DNA from: Candidatus Komeilibacteria bacterium RIFCSPLOWO2_02_FULL_48_11
Lineage (GTDB): Bacteria > Patescibacteriota > Patescibacteriia > UBA2169
Reading direction: 5' to 3'
Length of the DNA stretch: 35,599 nt
Assembly: GCA_001818435.1 (NCBI GenBank)
Contig: MHKO01000059.1
Location: 5,217-40,815 of the forward strand
Of the stretch, positions 1 through 8,967 are shown piece after piece (positions within the stretch are counted from its first letter, which is position 1; each line of letters starts with the position of its first letter). The position numbers and the translations under genes were made by a program. The notes under the pieces were generated by a model. That model was not told the origin of the DNA. It was given only the letters and a program-made list of their open reading frames with translations, and ran no database searches.

Positions 1-273
1 GTCTTCGGGAGTAAGTAAGTTTTCTTTAATAAACCCGTATAAATCTCCCCACTGGGCAAACGCTTTAGACGACGTGGCGGCTATACCGGCCCGATCCATT
101 TCCTCATCAGGCAAATGCAGCTGAAATTTTATAATCGTTGCGCCTGCCTCTTTGGCGGAATGAGCTAATTCTTTGGCCGCCGCCAAGCTACCGTGGTGGT
201 TATCGCAGCCTTCCGGGATAACGACGAAAGGCGCATCATCGCCAATTATGACATTGCCAATATTAATGCGCAT
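1..273 (-). CDS. neuB: N-acetylneuraminate/nonulosonate synthase (NeuB/SpsE/PseI/LegI family), N-terminal part; runs off the window edge
   Basis: Not in the ORF track. Manual translation from ATG 273 gives MRINIGNVIIGDDAPFVVIPEGCDNHHGSLAAAKELAHSAKEAGATIIKFQLHLPDEEM, matching the NeuB pattern IxE..xNHxG...A..AGA..xKFQ. Last gene of the spsF-led run. Confidence 0.88.
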   Translation of the reverse strand, partial: MRINIGNVIIGDDAPFVVIPEGCDNHHGSLAAAKELAHSAKEAGATIIKFQLHLPDEEMDRAGIAATSSKAFAQWGDLYGFIKENLLTPED

Positions 274-278
274 AATAA

Positions 279-1310
279 TTATTGTTCTACTTTAGCCGCC
301 GGCTCCTGTCCGTTTCTTTCAATCGCGAACAAGGTCCGGAGCAATTTATGATCATCCGCAAAAGTATAGGGAAATAGCCGGTTGCCGGTTATCGCGGCCA
401 CAAAGTGCTCGATTTCTTCGATATACATATCTTCGGTGACAACATAATTTTGTTCCTTCTGGCCAACCGCCAAATTAATTTCTTGCCAGGACTTGTTTTT
501 TGCCTCAAACAGTCGGATATAATTTTCCTGCCATTCCCATTCTAAAGTACCCAAAGAACCAATCAGTCGCAAGGTTCTCTTTGGCGTCCGCGATAATAAT
601 TCAATGACCACATTGCCGATAGCGCCGTTATCAAAAACCACCAGGGCTGAATAAACATCATCGGCTGGCATATCTAAATCGGAAACTTTCTTAGTCAGTC
701 CCTTGGCCACAACCGGCCAAGACTGCAAAATGTAACTTTGCCAATTCAATTCATAAGGCATCATTTCACGGCAACCACCAGTGGATTTTTGCGCAAAAAA
801 TACTGAACGATAATCTTCCCACGGATGCCAATCTGGCAAATATTGGCCTAAATGGCAATTATACAAATAAATTTTCCCCAGCGCGCCGGATTCGACAATC
901 TGTTTTATTTTTTTGACGGCCGGATGGAAACGGTAAGTACAAGAAGGTGCTCCCACAAACGATCCATCAAGTAATGAATAAAGCTCGTTATACCCTTCAT
1001 CAGAAGTCGGTATTTCCACAAAAAAATGCTTTTTCGCCCGTGCGGCGTGCAAGAAATATTCGGCATGATGGTCAGGCGGAGTAGAGATAATATAAGCATC
1101 GGGTTGAGTGGCAACACCGGCAGAAAAATCCGCCACGGTCCGAATCTGATATTTCTCTTCAGCTTCTTGTCGCCGTTCAGCTGCCAGATCAAAACCAACA
1201 ATGTGCACGCTGGGTATGCCGAGGGCTAAAAGATTTCTAATTCGCCTCTTGCCCATTGAGCCAAGCCCAACCTGTAAAAATTTTATATTATTCTTTAGTA
1301 GAGTAGCCAT
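279..1310 (-). CDS. Gfo/Idh/MocA family NAD(P)-dependent oxidoreductase (PtmF-like, nonulosonate-cluster associated)
   Basis: N-terminal VGLGSMG Rossmann motif, IISTPPDHH, FFVEIP (EKP variant), YLPDWHPWEDYR motif common in nonulosonate-locus oxidoreductases. Confidence 0.88.
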   Translation of the reverse strand: MATLLKNNIKFLQVGLGSMGKRRIRNLLALGIPSVHIVGFDLAAERRQEAEEKYQIRTVADFSAGVATQPDAYIISTPPDHHAEYFLHAARAKKHFFVEIPTSDEGYNELYSLLDGSFVGAPSCTYRFHPAVKKIKQIVESGALGKIYLYNCHLGQYLPDWHPWEDYRSVFFAQKSTGGCREMMPYELNWQSYILQSWPVVAKGLTKKVSDLDMPADDVYSALVVFDNGAIGNVVIELLSRTPKRTLRLIGSLGTLEWEWQENYIRLFEAKNKSWQEINLAVGQKEQNYVVTEDMYIEEIEHFVAAITGNRLFPYTFADDHKLLRTLFAIERNGQEPAAKVEQ

Positions 1311-1327
1311 GATAATTTTTTTCCAAT

Positions 1328-2641
1328 CTAATTATATTTCCTAAAAACAGGTCTAATGGGCTCACCGACGAGCTCTTTCTCTAGGCTTTTATCTGCCAAT
1401 ACTTCTTTGAGCTTGCGACAAGAAAATTCCCAGCCCTTTAGCGTCTGGGCTACTTCTCTTTTTTTATGGGACAGCGTCGGCGAAAAATATCCATTAAACA
1501 AAATCCCTTGCGAAATCATCTCTTGTGCAAAATAAGTCTTTATTTGGGCGGCGGTATAACCACCAAAATCCTCAAATTGAACACGGATACGGCAGCCAAA
1601 CTCCCCTATGACTGACAAAACTGAATCCAAGCCGTGCTTTCTAGCGATTTTGTTAAATTCGCTCTTTAAAAGGTTTCCTAACTTATTAACATAGGCCGGA
1701 ACATTCTTACTTTTCAACTCTTTCAACGTAGCAATAGCTGCCACTAAAGCATGATTTTCACCGGCATGCGTCGCCGAAATCAAAGCCACCCTCTCCTTTT
1801 TAGTGTCCATGCCTCCCAATTCCATAATATCTTTTCTACCCACCAGAGCCGCTAACGCAAAGCCATTGCTTATCGCTTTGCCAAAAGTAGATAAATCCGG
1901 TGTTACTTTATAAACATACTGGGCGCCTTTTAAATGCCATCTAAAACCTGAGATCATCTCATCAAAAATTAATATAGTTCCGTTTTGCCGGCAAATTCTT
2001 TGCACCTCTTGCAGAAAATTATTAACCGGCCCGACTTCGGTAGCGGGCTCGAGAATTACAGCCGCAATTTTTTTAGGATATTTTTTAAACATCTTACGGA
2101 CACTCACTATGTTGTTGTACTCAAAGGTCTTTGTCATGTTTAACACTGTCTTAGGAATACCGGCTGTCATTGGCGTGCTGGCAATACCCCAATCATCAAA
2201 TCCGTTAAAAGCGCCCGCACACATGGCCACTAAATCTCTCTTGGTATAAGCCCGCGCCAATTTAACGGCGGCCGTAGTTGCGGCTGAACCATTTTTTGCA
2301 AATTTAACCACCTGGGCGCTGGGTATTAGTTCAACCAACATTTTAGCAAGTTCAATTTCATAATGCGACGGACGGTTATAATTCGTTCCGAATGGCAACT
2401 GTTTTCTGACCGCAGCAATAACCGTTTTATAGCCATGTCCCAAGATCACGGAACGCATACCCATGCACCAATCAATGAAGCGATTTCCATCCGCATCCCA
2501 AATATAAGCGCCTTGGGCCTTGACCAGAATGGGTGGAGAAAGAAAAGGAAATTGATCGTCACCTTTGCTGTAACTTTGCGTGCCGCCGGGCATTAATTGG
2601 TGGGCTAATTTCTGTAATTTCCTAGATTTAGCGAATTTCAT
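1328..2641 (-). CDS. Class III PLP-dependent aminotransferase (glutamate-1-semialdehyde aminomutase-like), probably acting on a sugar
   Basis: GAYIWDADGNRFID, FAKNGS, ILIFDEMISGFR, PDLSTFGKAISNG (PLP lysine). Context is glycan rather than heme synthesis. Confidence 0.85.
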   Translation of the reverse strand: MKFAKSRKLQKLAHQLMPGGTQSYSKGDDQFPFLSPPILVKAQGAYIWDADGNRFIDWCMGMRSVILGHGYKTVIAAVRKQLPFGTNYNRPSHYEIELAKMLVELIPSAQVVKFAKNGSAATTAAVKLARAYTKRDLVAMCAGAFNGFDDWGIASTPMTAGIPKTVLNMTKTFEYNNIVSVRKMFKKYPKKIAAVILEPATEVGPVNNFLQEVQRICRQNGTILIFDEMISGFRWHLKGAQYVYKVTPDLSTFGKAISNGFALAALVGRKDIMELGGMDTKKERVALISATHAGENHALVAAIATLKELKSKNVPAYVNKLGNLLKSEFNKIARKHGLDSVLSVIGEFGCRIRVQFEDFGGYTAAQIKTYFAQEMISQGILFNGYFSPTLSHKKREVAQTLKGWEFSCRKLKEVLADKSLEKELVGEPIRPVFRKYN

Positions 2642-3407
2642 ATTTTTTAAATTCCGGCTTTAAATATACTCGGCCATAAAGATTTTTGAATCTTTTTTTA
2701 TATTCCTCTCTGCGACGCCAATTAGATTGCGCTAATTTTGGGTGTTTCACTAGGAATGAAATTACCCGGCTAAGAGAAAAATTTTTGCCAAGCGAATAAA
2801 AATTTTTGTATAAATTTTTTATCAAATGCAAGTCCTCGGCATAATCTAAAGTTAGGCGATATTCGGTAAAATTATGTTCTGGGCGAGCTTTTATTACGCC
2901 TACTTTAAATAATTTGATATTTGTAAAATAACGTGCCCAACCTTGTGTTTCATGCTCATTTTTCATTTGGCATACTTTTTCCAAGGCGCTGGTTTTGACG
3001 CTAAAACCATAGCTACCCAAAGGCAATCCTTCACAAAAAATCGCATCAAATTTATTTTTTTTATAATCTTTTATCGCCTCTTTAACATAGCTTGGCTCTA
3101 AAAATAAATCATCGCCGTCAACCGCAATAAAAAATTCTGCGCCATATTGCTTAGCCGCCCCCAGATAACGTTCCAGAATGTCTTCCACTGAACCACGATA
3201 CACGTTTGCCCCCATTTTTTTGGCAATGGCCGCTATCTTATCATCCTCGCTTAAAAAAGTAGTGCAAACTACCACGGGCAAGCCGCAACCGAAAGCCCTT
3301 TCTAACCCCAACTCGACCACTGTCTTGCCGGCAATCTGTTGCCACATTTTGTTATCTAAGCGGCTTGATCCGGTCCGGGCCGTATAAAAAATAAAATATT
3401 TTTTCAT
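2628..3407 (-). CDS. spsF: SpsF-like acylneuraminate cytidylyltransferase (CTP_transf_3 family)
   Basis: ARTGSSRLDNK nucleotidyltransferase motif, RGSVEDILERY, DGDD, RLTLDYAED. Confidence 0.88.
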   Translation of the reverse strand: MKKYFIFYTARTGSSRLDNKMWQQIAGKTVVELGLERAFGCGLPVVVCTTFLSEDDKIAAIAKKMGANVYRGSVEDILERYLGAAKQYGAEFFIAVDGDDLFLEPSYVKEAIKDYKKNKFDAIFCEGLPLGSYGFSVKTSALEKVCQMKNEHETQGWARYFTNIKLFKVGVIKARPEHNFTEYRLTLDYAEDLHLIKNLYKNFYSLGKNFSLSRVISFLVKHPKLAQSNWRRREEYKKRFKNLYGRVYLKPEFKKYEIR

Positions 3408-3422
3408 ATTTCCAGCGCACTA

Positions 3423-3451
3423 AAAGTATCATTTTTGCTGTAAAAAGTCAA
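3423..3451 (-). promoter_or_regulatory. Putative sigma70 promoter for the spsF-aminotransferase-oxidoreductase-neuB operon
   Basis: Minus strand TTGACT-17 nt-TACTTT with TG before the -10, 15 nt upstream of the ATG at 3407. Confidence 0.5.
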
Positions 3452-3456
3452 AAAAA

Positions 3457-4089
3457 TTACTTTAAATGATTCGAGTCCAGTTCTGTTATTTTAAAATATT
3501 CTAAAATATTAGATAAACGACCGCGACCCTCAAGCCACTCTTCACGCAAGAGGCCATAACAATAGACGTCCACTATCTTGCCGGAAGATAAAATAAATTG
3601 CTTTCTTAATGTGCCTTCTTGGGTAAAACCCAAATGTTCTATTAATTTACTAGCCGGCTGGTTGTCGGCAGTAGAATGAGCAATAACTTTATGAACATTA
3701 ACATATTGAAAAAGATATTCTAAAAGTAAAATTGTCGCCTCGGCGGCCAAGCCTGATTTATGTAGTTGAATATTTCCAATTAATAAACCATACTCGGCAT
3801 AGTTACTATTCAGATTAAAATTCGATATAGCTATATTACCGACATGCCTATTATCCTGTTTGGTAAATATAGCGAACAATTCGCAGCCACTCCGGGAACG
3901 CAAACCATTAACATAATTAGCAATATCTTCAATGGTCTGTTGGTTGTTCCTAACTTCCAAAAACTGATTGATCTGATTGTCATTCAGCCAAGAGACATAA
4001 TTTTCATTAATCTCTTTAATGGAAATCGGCTTCAGGGTAATCAAATGTCCATCAATAATCGTATTGATATTGGGAGACAATATTTTCAT
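3457..4089 (-). CDS. GNAT N-acetyltransferase, RimJ/RimL (PseH-like) family
   Basis: YVSWLND, HVGNI, AEYGLLIG, NQPASKLIEHLGFTQEGTLR typical of Acetyltransf_3; adjacent to nonulosonate genes. Confidence 0.85.
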   Translation of the reverse strand: MKILSPNINTIIDGHLITLKPISIKEINENYVSWLNDNQINQFLEVRNNQQTIEDIANYVNGLRSRSGCELFAIFTKQDNRHVGNIAISNFNLNSNYAEYGLLIGNIQLHKSGLAAEATILLLEYLFQYVNVHKVIAHSTADNQPASKLIEHLGFTQEGTLRKQFILSSGKIVDVYCYGLLREEWLEGRGRLSNILEYFKITELDSNHLK

Positions 4090-4123
4090 AATAAATCAGT
4101 CTGATAATTATCCATGGGCGTAA

Positions 4124-4152
4124 AAAATAACATTTTTTGACAAAAAAGTCAA
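4124..4152 (-). promoter_or_regulatory. Putative sigma70 promoter for the GNAT gene, overlapped by a small TTTTGAC-N6-GTCAAAA inverted repeat
   Basis: Minus strand TTGACT-17 nt-TATTTT with TG extension; the inverted repeat at about 4135-4154 covers the -35. Confidence 0.4.
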
Positions 4153-4159
4153 AATTATT

Positions 4160-5632
4160 CTAATAAGTCGTATAGCGATCTTCCGGGATATCAGAATTAA
4201 CGCGAGCAACGTTCATCATTTTTTTACTAAGTTTTGCTATCTGCTCTTTGACCAAACGTTCTAAATAAGTTGAATTATGGTTTAATGCGGCTTTAGCGGC
4301 GCAAACTTCGGCCGGACTGACATCGACATTGCTAATCTGCGAATCATTAACATAACGGTCTTGAAACGCCTTATCACTAATTAATTTTTTACCAATGGCC
4401 TGCGCCAATAATCCGTAACCTTGAGCCGACATATGTAATTCATCAATAAAAAGACCTAATCTTTCCCGGGTATTATAATTATTAAATTCATCCTCCACGT
4501 CTAAACAAGGGATGATCGATTTAATAACAGCCAGCGTCCGTTTAATCCTTTTTTGGGAAATCGCTTGATAATTAGCATATTCCTCAGACAAGCGGGAATT
4601 ATTAATATAAAATTCGCGATCCTGCTCTGCGTCGTTCAACGCGGGCAAGGCCGGATAATTAACTGTATAAACCAAAATGTTATTGGTGGCGGCCAAACGC
4701 GCCATGGCAAATAAATTATCGAACCAAGCTAAAATATATTTATTAGACAATAAGGTCTGCCAACGTTTGGGATTAGTAAAACGCATATTGGGTATAAATA
4801 CCCAAGCTTTGAGCGCGGCCTTAAAAGCCAAATAAATACTTAAAAAAAATGCACTGGAAAGTAATTTATTTGGTGGACAGTATAAATTATTTTGTTCGCG
4901 GACATTCTGAATCATTTTTGGACGCCACTTTTTTCCCAAAAACAAAGAACTATATTCAAATTCCTCGTTCCAACCTTGATGAATAAGTAATATATCGGCG
5001 TGATAGTTGACTATTTCTTCATTAAACCGCAATAACTCTTGATATGAGTACCAACCATCAACGCCGGCATTAATAACTTCGACATTATAACCCCGTTTCT
5101 TTAAATAAATTTGTAATTGTGCCGGCCAGGTATCTTGGTCATTTACACAGTAACCGGCCGTGGCTGAGCCGCCGGTGCAAAAAATCCGCAATTTAGCCTT
5201 GGTCTGGCTGGGCGCGAACTCCTCCCCGCGATAGCCCAAGCTGTTGACCGAGAAAATATTGCGGCTGGCTTGATTAGAGGATAAATTAGGTTCTGGCGCG
5301 TGCCCGACCGGAAAAACGGTTTTATCAAAAACTAAAAAATCCAAATCCCGGGCTTTGGTATTTTTTCGAAAGGCGTTTCCGTAAACCGGGTCGTCAACAA
5401 GAAAATAATTTAAGACGGCAAAACGGTAATTTTTGCCGTAAGCCAAGCGTAAAACCGCCCGTAAGATAAATTCCCAAATCACTATGGCCACCGCTAAAAA
5501 AATCAGGTAAAAATGGGTCGGCTTATCCCGATGCCAAATTATTAAAAAACAAACCGCCAGCAATAAAAACGCGCTGAAAAACTTGCCATAATGCTTGATT
5601 AAAATTCGAGCCAGACTCTGTATTATAGTCAT
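4160..5632 (-). CDS. Membrane-anchored SGNH/GDSL hydrolase family protein (SxtL-like position)
   Basis: Two N-terminal hydrophobic helices, NSLGYRG, block I CTGGSAT, block II VINAGVDG, block III QGWNE, C-terminal DELH. Confidence 0.82.
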   Translation of the reverse strand: MTIIQSLARILIKHYGKFFSAFLLLAVCFLIIWHRDKPTHFYLIFLAVAIVIWEFILRAVLRLAYGKNYRFAVLNYFLVDDPVYGNAFRKNTKARDLDFLVFDKTVFPVGHAPEPNLSSNQASRNIFSVNSLGYRGEEFAPSQTKAKLRIFCTGGSATAGYCVNDQDTWPAQLQIYLKKRGYNVEVINAGVDGWYSYQELLRFNEEIVNYHADILLIHQGWNEEFEYSSLFLGKKWRPKMIQNVREQNNLYCPPNKLLSSAFFLSIYLAFKAALKAWVFIPNMRFTNPKRWQTLLSNKYILAWFDNLFAMARLAATNNILVYTVNYPALPALNDAEQDREFYINNSRLSEEYANYQAISQKRIKRTLAVIKSIIPCLDVEDEFNNYNTRERLGLFIDELHMSAQGYGLLAQAIGKKLISDKAFQDRYVNDSQISNVDVSPAEVCAAKAALNHNSTYLERLVKEQIAKLSKKMMNVARVNSDIPEDRYTTY

Positions 5633-5766
5633 ACATTTTCCCAGTAAGTCTTGGCCGAATGGTCTAATTTTAAACGCAACGGATCTTTATTGATTAGCTT
5701 AAACAATAAAGCCAGCGGGCAAATAACAATTACGTAAAAAATAAAACTCAAAATCTTGGTAAACAT
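5629..5766 (-). CDS. Small membrane protein resembling the C-terminal half of SxtJ family proteins (45 aa)
   Basis: Not in the ORF track. MFTKILSFIFYVIVICPLALLFKLINKDPLRLKLDHSAKTYWENV; fills the gap between the carbamoyltransferase and SGNH genes, with an ATGA stop/start overlap at 5629-5632. The FY..xxP...KDPL...YW pattern recalls SxtJ. Confidence 0.7.
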   Translation of the reverse strand: MFTKILSFIFYVIVICPLALLFKLINKDPLRLKLDHSAKTYWENV

Positions 5767-5774
5767 AAGCAAGA

Positions 5775-7568
5775 TTAGTCTAAAACAAAATCCTCGCGCC
5801 AGTCATCTTTTTCTTGCCAATTAGGCTGGGCTTTTTTATCGATTAAAAAATTTTCTAACACCAAGTAATCCAGGCCGGTGCGCATAAAGCAACGGTAAGC
5901 GTCTTCGGGCGCGCAAACAATCGGTTCGCCGCGAACATTAAAAGACGTGTTGATAATCACCGGACAACCTGTTTTTCCGTAAAAGTTAGCAATCAGGTCA
6001 TAAAATTTCCGATTCATCTCTCTGGAGACTGTTTGCAGGCGAGCGGAAAAATCGACATGGGTTACCGCCGGGATGTCGGAACGAACCGCTTTCAACATAT
6101 CAAAGCCCGTCTGCCCGTTGTCATTGCTGACGATTTTTCTTTTGTCTTTTTTCACGTCAGCCACTAGCAACATATAAGGCGATGGCTGATCAATCTCAAA
6201 CCAGTCCGCGGCTTTGTCTTCCAGCACAGCCGGCGCAAAAGGACGAAACGATTCACGGAATTTAATTTTTAAATTCATGTCTGCTTGCATGCTTTGCAGG
6301 CGAGCATCGCCCAATATACTTCTCCCTCCGAGAGCTCGCGGACCGAACTCCATGCGTCCGGAAAACCAGCCAATTATCTTGCCTTGAACCAGTAAATCAG
6401 CGGTTTTGGCTTCAATGTTTTTGTGATAAGTATAGGGAATATTATTATAATCCAAATAATCATTAATCTCGTCCTGGCTAAACTGCGGACCTAAATAAGT
6501 GTTGTGGCGGACGATCGGCTGGCGCTCATGGTCGAGCATCTGGTGCCAATAATAGAGGGCCGCGCCCAAGGCTCCGCCCGCGTCACCGGCCGCGGGCTGG
6601 ATCCAAATATCGTCAAAAATCCGCTCTGTAAGAATTTTACTGTTGGCCACACAATTCAAGGCCACGCCGCCGGCTAAACATAAATATCGCTCCCCGGTGG
6701 CTTGTCGAATATGGCGGGCCATTTTTACCATGACCATATCAGTCACTTCTTGGATGGAACGCGCTAGATCCATATCATCCTGGGTAATGGTGGATTCGCG
6801 CGGCCGAACCGCCCGGCCAAATAATTTTTCGAATTTTTCATTTGTCATTTTAACACCGACACCATAATCAAAATAACTCATGTTTAATCGGAATGAACCA
6901 TCATCTTTTACATCGACTAATTCGCCTAAAATATTTTTTACATACTTAGGTTGGCCATAAGGCGCCAAACCCATGACTTTATATTCCCCGGAATTGACTT
7001 TAAAACCGGTAAAATAAGTCAACGCCGCATATAACAACCCCAGAGAATGGGGAAAACTAATTCTCTTGTGTAATTTAATGTTATTTCCTTGCCCAACTCC
7101 GTAAGTGGTCGTTTCGCACTCACCGACGCCGTCCACAGTCAAAAAAGCCGCACTATTAAAAGGCGACGGGTAAAACGCCGAAGCCGCGTGGCTGGCGTGA
7201 TGTTTTATAAATTCAATTTGGCCGCGATAATCCAATTCACGCGCTATAATTGATTTGATTTTTATTTTTTTCCATTGCGCCGCAATCACTGGAAAAAAGT
7301 TGTCAAAACCGGTGGGCGCGTAAGCCGCAAAAGACTTAATAATGCGATTAAATTTCAAATACGGATTTTCGTAAAAAACAATGACATTAATATCATTTAT
7401 TTGACACTTGGCTTCTTGCAATAGATAATTGATGGAATTTTTAGGAAATGAATTATCGTGTTTTTTCCGAGTAAAGCGCTCTTCCTGCGCCGCGCCAACA
7501 ATCCGGCCATCCTCGATTAGGGCCGCCGCGCTGTCGTGATAAAAAGCCGATACGCCTAAAATCTTCAT
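5775..7568 (-). CDS. O-carbamoyltransferase (NodU/CmcH/SxtI family)
   Basis: ILGVSAFYHDSAAA, QEERFTRKKHD, HHASHAASAF, DGVGE, EYKVMGLAPYG, LAGGVALNCVAN, EFGPRALG, INTSFNVRGEPIV; C-terminus WREDFVLD resembles SxtI-type members. Confidence 0.95.
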   Translation of the reverse strand: MKILGVSAFYHDSAAALIEDGRIVGAAQEERFTRKKHDNSFPKNSINYLLQEAKCQINDINVIVFYENPYLKFNRIIKSFAAYAPTGFDNFFPVIAAQWKKIKIKSIIARELDYRGQIEFIKHHASHAASAFYPSPFNSAAFLTVDGVGECETTTYGVGQGNNIKLHKRISFPHSLGLLYAALTYFTGFKVNSGEYKVMGLAPYGQPKYVKNILGELVDVKDDGSFRLNMSYFDYGVGVKMTNEKFEKLFGRAVRPRESTITQDDMDLARSIQEVTDMVMVKMARHIRQATGERYLCLAGGVALNCVANSKILTERIFDDIWIQPAAGDAGGALGAALYYWHQMLDHERQPIVRHNTYLGPQFSQDEINDYLDYNNIPYTYHKNIEAKTADLLVQGKIIGWFSGRMEFGPRALGGRSILGDARLQSMQADMNLKIKFRESFRPFAPAVLEDKAADWFEIDQPSPYMLLVADVKKDKRKIVSNDNGQTGFDMLKAVRSDIPAVTHVDFSARLQTVSREMNRKFYDLIANFYGKTGCPVIINTSFNVRGEPIVCAPEDAYRCFMRTGLDYLVLENFLIDKKAQPNWQEKDDWREDFVLD

Positions 7569-7649
7569 ACATTGCTAATGATAGGTAGCCATAATTTTCA
7601 AAAAAAGTCGACCAATGGACATAATCAACTTTTTGGGTTTAGCCGCGCA

Positions 7650-8957
7650 TTATTTATTCTTGAAAAACTCCTCAAAACAGGAAACAACGCAGTCTCTTTC
7701 TTTGTCGCCGATGCCGGCATGAATGCCTATGAAAAATCCATTCTTATGTATTAACTTGGTATTTTTCAGATCGCCGACAATTCGATGTTCGAATAAACTA
7801 AATACCGGATGTCGAGTAAAGTCCCCGCTCATCACCGGCCTCGTTTCTATCCCATTTTTTTCCAAAAATGAAGTAACGTCTTTAACCGTGAATTTAACGT
7901 TCTCTTTCAACATTAACGGGTAAAAGAACCACGAACATTTAACTCGATTATCATCATTTACCGGTAAAATTAAATATTCCGAAAATTTGGCCAACCGCGA
8001 ATTTAGGTCCATGGCGTTATTAATCCTGGTGTTTAAATAATCGCCGAATTTCCTGAATTGCATGATGCCAAAAGCCCCTTCCATCTCCGTCGGCCTAAAG
8101 TTGTAGCCAACATTAGTAAATAAAAACAAAGGGTCTATATCCGGGTACTTGGAATTAAAATTGTCTTTGTACGCCTGACTTTTAACGTTCCTCATTATGC
8201 CCTGGGATCTGATTATTCTGGCTAATTCCGCAAACTCGTCATTGTTGGTCATGAGCATGCCACCCTCAATTGTGGTAATGTGATGGCTCAAATAAAAGCT
8301 ATGCGTGGACATGTCGCCGAAACTTCCCACTTTTTTCCCGTTCCACTCCGCCCCGGGGGATTCGCAGGTATCTTCAATAACGAATAAATTATGTTCCCGG
8401 GCGATGGCCATAATACTATCCATATCAACAGGAAACCCAACCAGATGGATAACCATGATGGCCTTTGTTTTGGGCGAAATAGCCAAGCGCACCTGGTCAA
8501 TGTTCATACCGTAATTTTTTAAATCAACGTCCACAAAAACCGGCCGCAAACCCAAAGCGTAAAGCGGCGCGATAGACGTATTCCAGTTCACGGCCGGAAC
8601 AATAACCTCGTCCCCCGGCAATAATCTATTTTTGATTGTCGGATTGGTTAAAACAAAAAAAGCCGCTAAATCAGCGCTGCTCCCCGAATTCATCATTATC
8701 CCGTTCTTGACGCCGATAAAACCGGAAAATTGCTCCTCGAATTTCTCGATCTTCAAATCACTGGAGGCGGAGTTAAGCGTAAGCCTTTCCGGGCTTAATA
8801 ATGTTTCCACAACTTCGGCTACCTCATCTTCATTATAAAGCCTCGACGTCAGAGGAACTTTATATTTGGAGCTTGCGGCCTCGAGCTTATCCTGCTCGTC
8901 AAAATAGCCTTTAATGATCTCTTTCACTTCAGCCACAACAAATTCTTTATTCGGCAT
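7650..8957 (-). CDS. DegT/DnrJ-fold PLP enzyme, ColD/RfbH-type NDP-4-keto-6-deoxyhexose 3-dehydratase
   Basis: NSGSSAD, IEDTCES, SFYLSHHITTIEGGM: His occupies the position of the usual PLP lysine, as in ColD/E1. No Cys-rich Fe-S motif seen. Confidence 0.82.
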   Translation of the reverse strand: MPNKEFVVAEVKEIIKGYFDEQDKLEAASSKYKVPLTSRLYNEDEVAEVVETLLSPERLTLNSASSDLKIEKFEEQFSGFIGVKNGIMMNSGSSADLAAFFVLTNPTIKNRLLPGDEVIVPAVNWNTSIAPLYALGLRPVFVDVDLKNYGMNIDQVRLAISPKTKAIMVIHLVGFPVDMDSIMAIAREHNLFVIEDTCESPGAEWNGKKVGSFGDMSTHSFYLSHHITTIEGGMLMTNNDEFAELARIIRSQGIMRNVKSQAYKDNFNSKYPDIDPLFLFTNVGYNFRPTEMEGAFGIMQFRKFGDYLNTRINNAMDLNSRLAKFSEYLILPVNDDNRVKCSWFFYPLMLKENVKFTVKDVTSFLEKNGIETRPVMSGDFTRHPVFSLFEHRIVGDLKNTKLIHKNGFFIGIHAGIGDKERDCVVSCFEEFFKNK

Positions 8958-8967
8958 AATAAATCCT

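Noticed and set aside
1328..2641. hemL (heme biosynthesis)
   Set aside because: The fold matches, but the gene overlaps spsF, sits in a neuB operon and has no hem neighbours.
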